A DNA stretch of 64,000 bases from Eledone cirrhosa (GCA_964016885.1 OZ024742.1:91946001-92010000), one strand, 5' to 3'. Shown: positions 12,570 through 25,621, counted from the stretch's first letter. Notes: generated by a model not told the origin, from the letters alone. Program-made: numbers and translations.

Positions 12570-14546
12570 TCAGTCTTTTTGGAGACAGTATGTATTAATG
12601 TTTAAAAAATTAACTCCCCAATCATAGGCTTACGTGCTGGATCACATGGCGTTGTATCTCCGGAAAATTTCGGTTGCCATAATCTCGAGTCGACAGAAGC
12701 TTTTTGAGTAAAATTGGGTTGAAGGAAACAGGGCTGAACCTGTAATCTGAACGAATCTCACTGAACATTACGTGTGTGAGGAATGATCAACCGTTAATTT
12801 TATTGTAATGTTGTCTCGTTTATCAAACAAATGAAATAATCATTGTTGAAACTGACGGAGATCCATTCCATTTTAAACGGTTTGATAGTATATTTAACTA
12901 GTTCATCTGGTCGGCTATTTCTCTTGTATATATGTTTAGATGTCATGGTTTTTGCAGTGTTAATATGAGGGTAAGTCTTCTATGTATGTGCGTGTGTTTG
13001 TATGTATGTATGTACGTATGTATGTATGTATGTGTGCATGTATGTATGTATGTAGAGATAAATTAGGATACAAGAGAACGCGATGCTTATTTTTAGAATC
13101 TGATGACATTCCTCCCAAAATAATTCGAAAATACTCTAAGAAATTGGATCCGTCAATAAACGGTGGAGCGGCATTTAACAACCCCTTATTTATAGGCCAA
13201 ATATGGCTGAAATAAACTAAAGAGCTAAAGGAATCCCATTGGCACACACAAACAACAATATACAGACATATACTGCACTCACACATATTCATATATTAGA
13301 TAAATATTCATTTGGGATGCAATACATATTTAGAGATTTTAAGTTAACTTTAATGTAGATATAACAACCGTTGGTTTGTTTTCTAGTTAGAGGCTTTATC
13401 TATGAAAAGAATGAACCGTGTGGTGTAAATATTTTTTCAGAATTTCTCCGCACACAGAAAACATATTTCAGATATTATTTTTCTCGTCGGAGAATAACTA
13501 CTTTTGTTGATTGTTTGCACCGACGAATATTGAATGTAATAACGCTATATATGCCTTCAGTCATTTTCTATAATTTGTATGACATATAAAAACAAGATAG
13601 ACGTGAAGAAGTGTGCGTGTAGTTAGTTTCAGAGATGTCTGAAAGCGATTCTAGTTGAAATATTTGGACTTTTTTTTAGGTCGGTGACTTGCAGGTATGG
13701 TAAGTCAACGCCCGACTCAACACAACACAATCAGACCACTTCTTCAATTCTCCAGACACTCTGTTATTTAGGATTATTCAACATGATGCTCTTGATTTTC
13801 TTTTCTCGTTCTTTCACACACATATTTTACACTTTTGATACCAACTTACCTGAAAGGACTATATATTTTCCCTTATATAGCTGTTCGTTTTAAAGTGTTT
13901 ATATTTAAGTTAACATCTTCCTTCATAATATTACTAAAGAATATTTGTTATGTTCCAAATACCAAATAAATAATGCGGAAATTCTTATTTTCAAAATTGT
14001 TTCAAATCCATAGACATCTTTTTCACTAGAAATATAGTAAAGGAAGGGTTCAATCATTTTCATACATAACTCGATATATTTACATCAACATCCAGTTGTT
14101 CAAAAACGCCATACACATGATCCACTACAAACTCCACCAAAAATAACCATTAAAAAAAATGTCTCATTCCTCATTCACACACCTCATTTCCAATAGGCTC
14201 ACATAAATATACCAACGACATATCACTTTATCATTCAACCTTCTAACAGAACCTTCTGTTAAGCTTTTCTTTTCGCTCATCTGTGTTTAAAATAACTTTT
14301 TCAACTTTTTCAACTTCTGAGCAGTTGAGCTTGGTACTAATCTGACCAAACAAGGAATAGATTTTTTTTGTTTTGTTATTGTTTATGTTTTTTCTCTAAA
14401 TTGAATATTAATTGCTTGGATATCAATTGATCAATTGACACTGTATATATGTCATATACACATATATGTGTGGCGTGTTTACGTGCGTGCCTATGTAATT
14501 ATCAGTATATACACACACAGGGATATATGTATATATATATATATAT

Positions 14547-14714
14547 AACAAAGGAGGTGTGTTAAGGAACCAGATGGACCATAACGCACCAGAGTACTCA
14601 ATACTTAGGGTAGTAGAGTGGGTAATAGGAAAATGTTTAACCCCGACGGCAGAGCTCAAGCCGTTTCGACGGCTATTTCTGGACTAAAAAGGTCCAGAAA
14701 TAGCCGTCGAAACG
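14547..14714 (+). mobile_element. Short interspersed element, family D, ending in a 23-bp foldback
   Basis: Shared body GGAACCAGATGGACCATAACGCACCAGAGTACTCAATACTTAGGG also at ~4045-4110, 14957-15163 and 40284-40453, with fragments at ~23390-23480 and ~38010-38060; hairpin 14662-14714. Confidence 0.75.
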
Positions 14715-14757
<43 letters not shown>

Positions 14758-14896
14758 TTATATATATATATATATGTATGTATAGAAAAAGTATATCAGT
14801 CCCTTCAAGTTGGCTCCGAGTTGACCTTTTAATTAGAGATCGGACATTGCAAGATTACAATTTTAATCTATATACTGGCATTAATTAACATGTCAG

Positions 14897-14956
<60 letters not shown>

Positions 14957-14961
<5 letters not shown>

Positions 14962-15163
14962 AACGAGTAGGACCCCAACGGCTGAGCTCAAGCCATTTCG
15001 ACGGCTAATTCTGGAATTAGCCGTCCAGAATTAGCCGTCGAAACGGCTTGAGCTCAGCGGTCGGGGTCCTACTCGTTCCTATTACCCACTCTACTACCCT
15101 AAGTATTAAGTACTTTGGTGCGTTATGGTCCATCTGGTTCCTTACCCCATTTCCTCCTTCGTT
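14957..15163 (-). mobile_element. Family D element with a ~58-bp foldback
   Basis: 14957-15015 is a near-perfect reverse complement of ~15027-15083; flanked by (TA)n. Confidence 0.75.
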
Positions 15164-15248
15164 ATATATATATAGAGATAGATATGTCCCAAGGTTCTGA
15201 TACCATCAACACTATAAACACAGAGCTGGCATATCTAAGAACTGACTA

Positions 15249-15304
15249 ACTGCCTGATGAGGTCATAGCCATTCAATGGTTATCATCGAAATATATATAG
15301 CAGT
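15249..15304 (+). ncRNA. Type I hammerhead ribozyme (family B, Penelope-LTR-like)
   Basis: ACUGC-CUGAUGA-[GGUcAUAGCCAU uca AUGGUUAUcAUC]-GAAA-UAUAUAUA-GCAGU then AAUAAA; intact core, 5-bp stem I, AUA cleavage triplet. Confidence 0.85.
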
Positions 15305-15345
15305 AAATAAAGGATTATGAGTTCATGCAATTGACTTATGTTTCG

Positions 15346-15396
<51 letters not shown>

Positions 15397-15960
15397 GTGT
15401 GTACGTGTGTGTGTATATATGTATGTACATGTACAATTTCTACATAATATATATTTGTACATGTGTGTGTGTGTGTATATATATGTATGTACATGTACAA
15501 TTTCTACGTGTGGGAGGGTGTGTGTGTGTGTGCGCGTAGGTATGTTATGCATGTGTGTGTGCATGTGTGTGATCACATATTTTGTTTTTGTTTTTGTTTT
15601 TGTTTTTGTTTATAACGGTTATTTTCTTGCAATGCTCGGAATACGTGCGTCCGTTGGATTCTAGGTCCGTGATTGGTCATTCTATAGGCTTGTTTGTGTC
15701 TGACTGGTTCGTCTTCAGATTTGATGTGACTTTTGTTGTGTTAACACTGGTCTGAGGATCAGGCAGACTTGGAGTCCGACTGATGGGTGCCATCCCAGAT
15801 CAGGAGCCAGTTGCCTGGAAAAACATTTGTAACCAGGATTAAACAATAAATCTCCTATGTAATATCTCCACTTTGTTCTTACTGTATATACTCTGCTCTG
15901 CATCGAGTGCTGACTTTGGTTCTCTCACCAGTTTTCTTCAGACTTACTGAATCTTTTGTA

Positions 15961-15997
<37 letters not shown>

Positions 15998-16302
15998 TAT
16001 ATGGAGAATAAGATTCGCTGTGTAGTTGCTAGTTAAGGTAGCTTAAATGGAGTGACACTAAGAAGAAAGCAAAAACGGGGGGGGGGGTCCTTATCACTTG
16101 TCCACTGGGGGTCTCGGATATTTCCACGCTTAAAGACAATATATCTACTACCCGGAGCGTTCAATAACTGGGTAAGTTATTGGGAAAACGGAGGAGGGAG
16201 GGAAGGAAAATAGAAGGGAAAAGGGAAAAGAGAAAACAACGAAAAAAAAATAAACACCGAAAAAAAAACAAAAAACGAGCAATGTGCGAGCAACTTAAGG
16301 TA

Positions 16303-16389
<87 letters not shown>

Positions 16390-16621
16390 TATTTCTTTAT
16401 TTGCCACTAGGGCACAAGAGAAAGGGACAAATACACAGGGGGGAGTTTACATAAATGCGAGTAAAGAAAAAGGCATAACAATAAGAATAATATAATAATA
16501 AAAAGTCCTCAAAAGGGAGGGGGCGTGTTGGGGATTGCACATACCCCCGAAAAGTGTGCAACCCTTTTCGCGGGGGAAGCCCAGAGAGGAGGCGCTCCTC
16601 CTTTCCTCTTCACTTCTTCAC

Positions 16622-19600
16622 CTACAGAACAATGTAGAGAGAAGGCCCATTTACACGAGCCATTCTCGCTTCTTTCACCCACCTTTCATAAAACTGTCTG
16701 GGGCCAAGCACTTCTCTCTCCATCCTGATCCTTCTTCCGAAGTGGTATCGGAAGAAGTAAACCAGGTGTTGGCCGGAGAGAAAGTCACCCGACCTCGGAC
16801 CTTTCAGGCGGGTCCACCACACAACCTCTTTCATCATGGCTATTACGCACAGAAAGACCGCCTCTGCTTCATTTCTGAAGGGAGGAAGCGGCTTGATGTT
16901 CACCACAGACTCGGCGGCCAATCGAATCGGCGCCACACGCGACAGCAGTCGTTCGACGTAGCCCCACAGATCGGCAACGCCCGGGCAGTGTACTAGTGCG
17001 TGCGCAACGGTTTCCTCGTCGCACACGCATCTGAGACAGATCTTTTTCGCGGGATCCCTGCCCGGGCGCCCGTGTCTGTAGAGCCCCCCGGTAGCACTGC
17101 CAGGCTAGGGACCTCTGGAAGTTGTCCATGGGTCCCGGGCCGAAAGTTCTACCGAACAGGCTGGCCAGTTCGTCCTCCTCCATGCCTAGCGACTCTCCAA
17201 GGGTGTCGTCGCCCCTGGTAGCCACCAGCCCTCTATAGAATGTCGAGGTGCATTCTCCACTGATAGTCGGGTCCGCTTGCCAGAGAGCCGTGAGCGCCTG
17301 GGCACACTCAGTGTGCCAGTTGCCCAGTTTTCTCGGTCTTTGCTTCACCCAGGATTGCAGCTCGGTGAGCGAAACGAGCTGTGGGAAGGCTCGCCTCACA
17401 AACGGGGCCCACACCGGCTGACCGGTGAGGAATACCTGTAGATGCCGTAGCCTCAATGCGTGCCTACGCATCAACAGCCACGGCATACCCAGCCCTCCTT
17501 TCGAAGGGTGCTGGCAGCAGATGGATCTCCTCACCATGGGAGGCCGCTTCTTCCAGAGGAACTGGAAGAGCATGCGCTCCATGATGGTGAGCGTTTCCTT
17601 GGGGCAAGGTACGACGGTCAGGCGGTAGTAGATGACGGTCGCTATGTAAGCGTTCGTCACCTCCGCCCGACCTTTCAGTGATAGTTTGCACTTGGCCCAC
17701 TTCTGGGTCAGCGCAAACACCCTGCTCGTCACCTCGCCCCAATTCTTCTCCACCTGGAGGTCCGGTCCGAACCAGACCCCGAGCAACTTCACCGGACCCT
17801 CCGTCCACCGCCCGACGACACCGTCTAACGGCATCGGTTTGCCCCTCCACGTTCCGAGTTGCAAACCGACTGACTTGTCCCGGTTCAGCCTAGCCCCCGT
17901 CAGCCTTTCGTATTCCTCCAGTAGGGTGGCGATCGCCCCGATTTCCGAGGCGTCCGCCACCATTACTGTTACGTCGTCGGCATAGGCCGAGACCGCTTTG
18001 TGCAATCCCGGTTCCAGGGGTATGCCCCGCAGCAACTCCAACTTCCGCAGCAGTGGCTCGAGAGCCAATACGTACAGAAGGGAGGAGAGGGGGCACCCCT
18101 GCCTAATGGACCGGGTGATTTGAAACGGCTCTGAGAGGTAGCCGTTTACTTTAACCCTAGAGCAGACGTTGCCACTGTGCATGGCAGAAATCCAGCCCCT
18201 GAAAACGGGTCCGAATCCCGCCGCCGCTAGCACCGCATCCAGGTAACCATGGTCGACCCTATCGAACGCCTTAGATTGATCCAAGTTGATCAGGGCCCCA
18301 CCAAAGCCGGGTTCGTTCCCAACCCTCTCTAAGATGTATCGCATGAGGTGGAGGTTGTCGTGAATGGACCTGGACGGGATAGCGCATGTCTGCGCGTCTC
18401 CCACCAAACCACCCACCACAAGCGCCAACCTCTTCGCCAACACCTTGGCCAAAATCTGTAACTCTGCATTCAGCAGAGTTATGGGCCTAAAGTTACTTAA
18501 GTCGTCCCCCTTGCTCTCGTCCTTCCTCACTAGCGTGACTACGCCCTTGGTCATAGAACAGGGAATTCTCCCGTTCTGTTGCCAGTTGCAATAGACAGCC
18601 TCGAGGAGTTCGGAGAACAAGACCGGCATAGCTAAATAAAGTTCGTATGGTAGACCATCGAGACCCGGAGATTTGCGTCTGCTGCATTGGCTGAGCGCTT
18701 CCCCGATTTCAGTGGCTGTGATTGGCCTTTCGCAGCACTCCGCTTCGCGCTCGAAAGACGCGGTAGACCGTCGAGGTATGGACCGAAGTCCACATCCCTG
18801 TCCGGCCCCCCGCCCCCTCCGAACAGTCGAGCAAAGTGCCTTTGAAAGGCCTCGCACATCCGCTCAGGTTCAAGGATCACCCGTACATCCTGGTCTCGCA
18901 AAGACCGAATGGTGGATTTAATCCCACTCTTGGCTTCTGTCACGCGGGCCCAGCTAACAGCTTTGGTCCCCTCGTTTCCTAAAGCACGTATTTTACTTCG
19001 GACAACGCAGCCTTCGTGCTTCGCGTCAAAGAACTGGCTCAACGCCGTTCTCGACGCTAACACTCTGGCCACGTCTCCGCTCCTAATCGCCTCTTCTAGT
19101 TTATCTGTTAACTCCCTTTCCCTCCTATTTCTATTCGCCGCTAGTTCCTTACTGTAACCTATCGAACTTACTTTAATCTCTCTCTTTAGAGATACCCACC
19201 ACCTGCTGTTGACGATCGCTCCCGTCAACCGCATCTTAACTAAGCTACTAATCCGGTTCCTGTAAGCTTCCTTTGCCGGCAAGGACAAGTTCATCTTCCA
19301 GTAACCGGGACCCTGTCTATGCGTTCTATCAAGGTTGACCACGCAGATCACTAATTTGTGATCTGAATAGCCAACCATTAGCAATTCTGGACAACTAAAT
19401 ACGTCCCTATCCTTACTCCTAACCAAAAACCTATCTAGGTACGATCTAGATTGACCACTGCGGTTTGCCCAGGTCCAGGTTGGCACAGTTGGAAAATCTA
19501 GTCGAAATCTATCGACCAGGTCGAATCGATCGAGTAAACCCTTGAGGCTGCTACACCCCCTCTATCGGGACATGCCCCTGCATAGTCCCAACGCGCATCT

Positions 19601-20036
19601 AGGATTCCATTCCAGTCCCCCACTAAAAGCAGGGAACGCGACGTTCCTATAAAAGTCTCCAGACGCTGGAAGAAGTCGGCTCTTTCAGCCCCGAAGGGGG
19701 CATAAAGACCGACCAGTCTGAAAGCCCCGCCTTCACCGCCTCCGACGTCCAGCACCAGTAATCGACCCCCCGGGTCCGAGTGAACAATCTGTACGTCGAG
19801 AGCCAGACGTTTATCCAGCAGTACGGCAACCCCACCCCGCCTCCGGGTTGACAGAGAGATGCGTGCATCTCAAAGTCATCGAAGGCGAGAGCCAGCTGTC
19901 GCACGCTGCTGATCCGACTCTCGCAAACAACCATCACATCTATACTTCGTGACCTGAGGTCACTTAGAAGCTTTGCTTGCTTCCAAGCTGAGCCCAGGCC
20001 ACGCGCATTCAAACAGCCAACTCTCAATTGATCTAT
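16622..20036 (-). pseudogene. LINE ORF2: APE endonuclease, reverse transcriptase and C-terminal zinc finger; at least 4 frameshifts
   Basis: GCLNARGL, GDWN, YLDRF, SDH (APE); KSPGLDGLP.E.Y, FRPITLLN, LDQSKAFDRV, RQGCPLS, YADD (RT); ETVAHALVHC. Confidence 0.93.
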
Positions 20037-21886
20037 TTTGGTGTTGAAAGTGAAGAAAGAAAAGCACCTACCTCTCCGGGTTGTGTAATTTCCATGGGGT
20101 CGGGTGTGTTGGGTGGAGGGATGTTTTGTGGTGGTGTGGGGGTATCCGAGTGTGGTGGGGTTGGGGTATTTGGAGTTGTGTCAGGGAGAGGGGAGGTTAT
20201 GGGGAAATCTTTCAAGAGGACGCGATTTAACGGTTTTAAACAGGGGGGGGGCTCACGTCCTGTTTAGATTATTCTTTTAAGGAACGATAAAGGTCCAGAG
20301 GGACCTTTATCATTTTTAAATGGGTGAAGTTCTCTGTTGAGATAAAGTTTGGCCCTTCTGTCTGCACCAAAGGGCTATTGTTTATTAATTTAAACAGTTT
20401 TTTGTTTTCTTTATTTATATATGTGTATTGCAAAGTCTTTTTTGTGATGCTGTCAATGTTTCGAAGGGGGGAGGCGCAGATTTATTTTTGTTTGTCGAGG
20501 GTGGGGTGTTTTTGATTGGAGTTGGTGTTTGTGTGTGGGTTGTTTGTTGTTGTGGTGTGCTGGGTGTGTGCTTTCGTTTTTTTCTTTTAACTTGTCTGAA
20601 GGCTTCTCCTCCTTCTTCTTCAGAAGTTGGGGGAAACTCTTCAGCGCTAGGTGGGAGGGACGTGGTGTCTGGTTGTTTTTTTTTTGCGGGAGGGGTAGAT
20701 TTGTTGCTGTTTTTTTATTATTAGTTTGGAATGTGTTTTGTGGTGGTGGTGGTGGTGATCTTTGTGTCGTGCTTCTGGTTGGTGATGGTGGTGGTGATGT
20801 TTGTGTTGTGGTTGGTGATGGTGGTGGTGATTTTTGTGTCGTGCTTGTGTTTGGTGCTGGTGGTGGTGATGTTTGTGTTGTGCTTGTGGTTGGTGGTGTC
20901 TGTATTTTGTTTGCTGTGTGTGGTATTAGTGTATTTTTGGAGGTGGGTGGTGTTGGTGTACTGTTTGTGGTGGGTGTGGGCAATAGTCCTTTTTGGGGGA
21001 TACGATTCGGGCAGTTAGCCTTAACGTGTCCCGTTTCTATGCATGAATAGCATGCTGGTCTTCTCCCCTCTACAATTATATATATTGGGGTGAGGTCATC
21101 CATCCAGATGCGATCCGGGATTTGTGCTATTCTTTCGGGCCTCATTTGGACTAGTAGGTCGAGGCCCATTCCCAGGAACGCATCTCCAGATGCCTTCCCC
21201 ATTGACAGCACTGTGTCCTCGCCCATGCCTATGAAGCCAGCAATAGCCCACCAGAAGTCCATTGGGGGAAGCATTGTCTGTATTTTGACTCTCTGAGTTC
21301 TTCTACCCATGTAGGAGGGATAGAAGCTGTATGCTGTTGATGAGAGTGGGCGTAGGGAAAACCTCTGTGCTGTTTCCTTGTCTTTTGTTAAAACAGAAAT
21401 GCTGCCATAGAGTCGGTCCTTTCGTATGAAGAGAATATTCTTCATATAGTCTTTTAGGACCAACTCTATCTCCATTTGGCTGGGCTGTGCTGGCTTTCTC
21501 GTGTGGTTTAGAATTGTTCTAAACAGAACAGTGTTTTCTAGTCTCGTTTTCTTGAATTCTGGGGGGGGGGGAATTAATGGAAAACATTCCGTTCTCCCCC
21601 AAGACTATGTGCTTTTTTGCTTCTGCCAGTTTCTCTCTGGCGGCAGTTAAGTCAATAGGTGTATATATTATAGATTTTTTGTTGTCTGGGTGAAAGTTGC
21701 CTTGTTGTTTTTTGTATTGTTATTTTCTGTTTGTTTGTTTTCCATTTGCTCATTTTCCGTAACATTTGTTTTTGCATTTTCCTTGTTTGTTTCGTTGTCT
21801 AGTTTTGTTGTATCCATTTTTTGTTCTTCAGACTTGAGGGGCGTGGCAGAGGTAATGGCAGACATGTCTGCCATCTTTCCCGCCAT
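20033..21886 (-). pseudogene. LINE ORF1 (gag-like) with CCHC zinc knuckle and Pro/Thr-rich tail; frameshifted at homopolymers
   Basis: CYSCIETGHVKANC (C-x2-C-x4-H-x4-C); lies immediately upstream of ORF2. Confidence 0.85.
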
Positions 21887-22130
21887 GCGTCCAAGAAAGA
21901 AGTTTTACAGAAAAATAGTTATTTATTTTACCCCCTAAAAAGGGGGTAAATGTAAAAATGTTTCCCTAAATAACAGGGGTAAGTGTTCCAAATGTGTTGC
22001 ACTGAAAAAATTCACTGGTACTTACTATAGTAAGGGTAAATTCCGATAGAATAGCAGAGCCGATGTGAAGCGTGTCTCACTCTATCAAGATAGATAGATA
22101 GATAAATAGATAGATAGAGATATGAATGTA

Positions 22131-22235
<105 letters not shown>

Positions 22236-22506
22236 GTGAGGGGTTTTTTGTTTTTGTTTTTTTATAAAATGAAAAATAACCGAGGTGTACTACACGAGTG
22301 AAAGTATGAGGAAAAAAGATGAAATCGAAAATGCAACTGGAGTCTTATTTAAAAAAATATATATATATATATTTATTTGGTTCCTTTACCGGTTTCGCAG
22401 TTCTTCTGCTTTTCAAAAGTAGAGTTGAGATGGAGGGTCTGTGGTTTTTCTCATATATATATATACGTATATATATATATATATGAGAAAAACCACATAT
22501 ATATAC

Positions 22507-22582
<76 letters not shown>

Positions 22583-22599
22583 TTATATGTATATATATA

Positions 22600-22789
22600 T
22601 AATTGTTTCTACTTTAGGCACAAGGCCAGCAATTACCCAGTGCATTACTGGTACTTTATTTTATCGACCCCGTAAGGATGAAAGGCAAAGTCAACCTCGG
22701 CGGGATTTGAACTCAGATCGTAAAGGGACGTAACCATGCTGGAAAGCATGGCGTCCGACCCTCTACCGATACTGCCAATCCACCGCCCT
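22600..22789 (-). mobile_element. SINE family 1
   Basis: Reverse complement of the 3328-3518 consensus. Confidence 0.85.
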
Positions 22790-23170
22790 ATGTATATATA
22801 TATAATGTTTGTATATTTTACTCTGTCTCTTCCGCATTCTCTTTCTCACTTTGCCTTCTGTACATACTTGATCTTTTCGCTACATGTTGATATTTTTTTC
22901 TGTCTCTTTTTTCCAGTTGCAGCACATTGGTTTATAGCAAATATTATTTATCTATACAAAGTCGAAAGACAAATCATTCTGTCTTGTGTTCGTTTGTTAC
23001 TATCCCATGTGCCCTGGAGCTAGTAGAATCGACCTTATATGACTGAATCCAAAACGACCACCAGAGGTCGACTGACGAGAAGGGTCTGTTCGCATTCTCG
23101 TTCATTTTTCTGTTGTCTGCGGCCACATCTTTTGATACCTTCTATGTTAAACATGCAGGACACTTTCATT

Positions 23171-23313
<143 letters not shown>

Positions 23314-23527
23314 GCGCATGTGTGTGTGTGTGTGTGTGTGCGCGCGTTTGTATCAAGATTACGCTAATATTAAATTGTAAAGACTATTATTTAACGAAGT
23401 ACTCGATGCTTGGGGTAGTAAAATGAGACTATATTAGAAAGAGGCAAGGACCGACGGCTGAGTTCTTGCCGTTTCGAAAGCTAATTCAATAAAATGAATC
23501 AAAAGGAGACATGTATGATATGTTATA

Positions 23528-23610
<83 letters not shown>

Positions 23611-23703
23611 TATATATATATAGTAAAAAATTGAACGGGAACAAAACAGAGAGGCAGTACGAACAAAGGTTTATTAGTTTCACGCTCTTGAGGTGGTGGT
23701 GGG

Positions 23704-23738
23704 GACAACGTTTCGGGCATAAGCCCTTCTTCAGGTGA
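23704..23738 (-). ncRNA. Minimal Penelope-type hammerhead motif
   Basis: Minus strand CAC-CUGAAGA-A-GGGC uuau GCCC-GAAA-CGUU-GUC with AAUAAA downstream; stem I weak. Confidence 0.65.
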
Positions 23739-24561
23739 AAAGTGTGTGGGAAGAGAGTTCCAAGGGTGTGTAGGGGAGTGGTGGAGAGACATAGAAAAAA
23801 GGGGGTGAGAGGAAACGGTACAAAGCAACACGTACATACACATGTACATACAGATACACACGCACATACACACACATATATATACCTACACACACATCCC
23901 TCCCTCTTTCTCTCTCTCTCCCTTTCTCTTTCTCTCTCGCTTTCTCTCTCTCTCTCTCTCTTTCTATATATATATATATACAGATATAAAAATTGAGATG
24001 AGCAGAACAAACAAACATTAAACAATTCTTTAAATAAATTAAAAAATGATTTAAATATCTACCTGTTCGCAATGCTATTACCGGCGGTTTCCATTTACAA
24101 AAGATTAGAAATTCAGAGAATTTCTAACGGAAAAGTAAATTTCATCAGATAGCTATTTCCATCCTATAGGACTAAGTCCCACGGTCTGCAAATATAATGC
24201 CAACTACCAGCTCGTATGAGTTATGGCCGTTAAAATGACCCACACGTGAACCGGTCGCTAGTGAAAGCGGGAATATTACAGACGTGTTGATGGCTTTGCT
24301 GCTAAAAAAATAGCAGTAAGCAACAACAAATTTTTCTCTACATAGATTGGAGAATATATAAAAATGAGGTAAATATCTCTCTGAGTACTAAGTACCCATA
24401 GAGATATATAGGGTGTCTATAATATAATTGTTATTCTATGGTACTAATTCGAGATACCAGAACTATAAAAATTGAGATGAGCAGAACAAACAAACATTAA
24501 ACAATTCTTTAAATAATTTTTTAAATGATTTAAATATACAGATATATATATATATATACAG

Positions 24562-24593
<32 letters not shown>

Positions 24594-24596
<3 letters not shown>

Positions 24597-25332
24597 AGCT
24601 TGAAACTAGTACATCGTTCCTGTGTCAGTGTTGAACAAAAAGGTGACGTGGTTGCCTTAACACCGTATGGCATAAATTCAGGCTGTTCAGTTTGTTTACA
24701 AACGAACAAAGCGACGTTATAATAAGCGCCGCTAAACTGATACGTGCATATATGTATGTGTACCTGTATGCATATGTATGTATATATGTATATATATATA
24801 TATGTGTGCATGCTACTGTACGTCTGTATACATATATGTATGTACGTATACATGCATACTTACATTTAAGTAAGTGCCATACTAAGAGTGAGAAATGAAA
24901 TTTCGTTTTCATTTTGTTTCAATTTATCGTTTTCGGTATGCCTGACCGATTTAACTCACTCAATATGCAAATTAGGCTGCTCAGCCGTTAATTTTCATAA
25001 GGAAAGTATATACTTTCGAACGTTCAACTATCTGGCAGATGGGTAAACGGTGCTGATGATAGCTAACAAGCTTGAAACTAGTACATCGTTCCTGTGTCAG
25101 TGTTGAACAAAAAGGTGACGTGGTTGCCTTAACACCGTATGGCATAAATTCAGGCTGTTCAGTTTGTTTACAAACGAACAAAGCGACGTTATAATAAGCG
25201 CCGCTAAACTGATACGTGCATATATGTATGTGTACCTGTATGCATATGTATGTATATATGTATATATATATATATATGTGCATGCTACTGTACGTCTGTA
25301 TACATATATGTATGTACGTATACATGCATACT

Positions 25333-25336
<4 letters not shown>
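24594..25336 (+). mobile_element. Family A hammerhead repeat, ~1.6 units (period 472 bp), flanked by (TA)n
   Basis: TGAAACTAGTACATCG at 24601 and 25073; reverse complement of the 41481-43896 array unit. Confidence 0.9.
25022..25108 (+). ncRNA. Type I hammerhead ribozyme (family A); predicted cleavage after GUA at 25083
   Basis: AACGGUG-CUGAUGA-U-AGCU aaca AGCU-U-GAAA-CUAGUA-CAUCGUU; stem I extends through AUGGG/CCUGU, CUGGC/GUCAG and GUUCAAC/GUUGAAC. Confidence 0.88.
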
Positions 25337-25373
<37 letters not shown>

Positions 25374-25621
25374 AGGGTTGACGGACTCACTATATTTATC
25401 AATGTCAGTACCGGTTGTATCTCAGCGCACTCAATGGGCAATGTAAGATACATTACCAGAGTATACACAAAGTTATTTGCTTCAACACAACACACGTAAA
25501 ACGGGTACCTATAAGGTTCCCCAGTGAATTAACAACCCAACAAGGAACTGGGCATATCAGAGTATTGACAATATCATACACCTAAACAACATATGTACTT
25601 GTCTATACCATACTAATTCAA

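Larger units (their letters stand above)
16391..22088 (-). mobile_element. Near full-length Tx1/L1-clade LINE (element 1) inside a (GATA)n/(TATC)n tract
   Basis: 5'UTR, ORF1, ORF2, 3'UTR, AATAAA (16396-16401, minus strand); (GATA)n on both flanks. Confidence 0.9.

Noticed and set aside
15700-15945. CTGAAGA motifs on the minus strand
   Set aside because: No correctly placed GAAA or closing stem I.
16525-18594. Plus-strand ORFs overlapping LINE element 1
   Set aside because: Antisense shadows of a GC-rich ORF2 with no recognisable motifs; the same applies to antisense ORFs in 48.3-55.8 kb.
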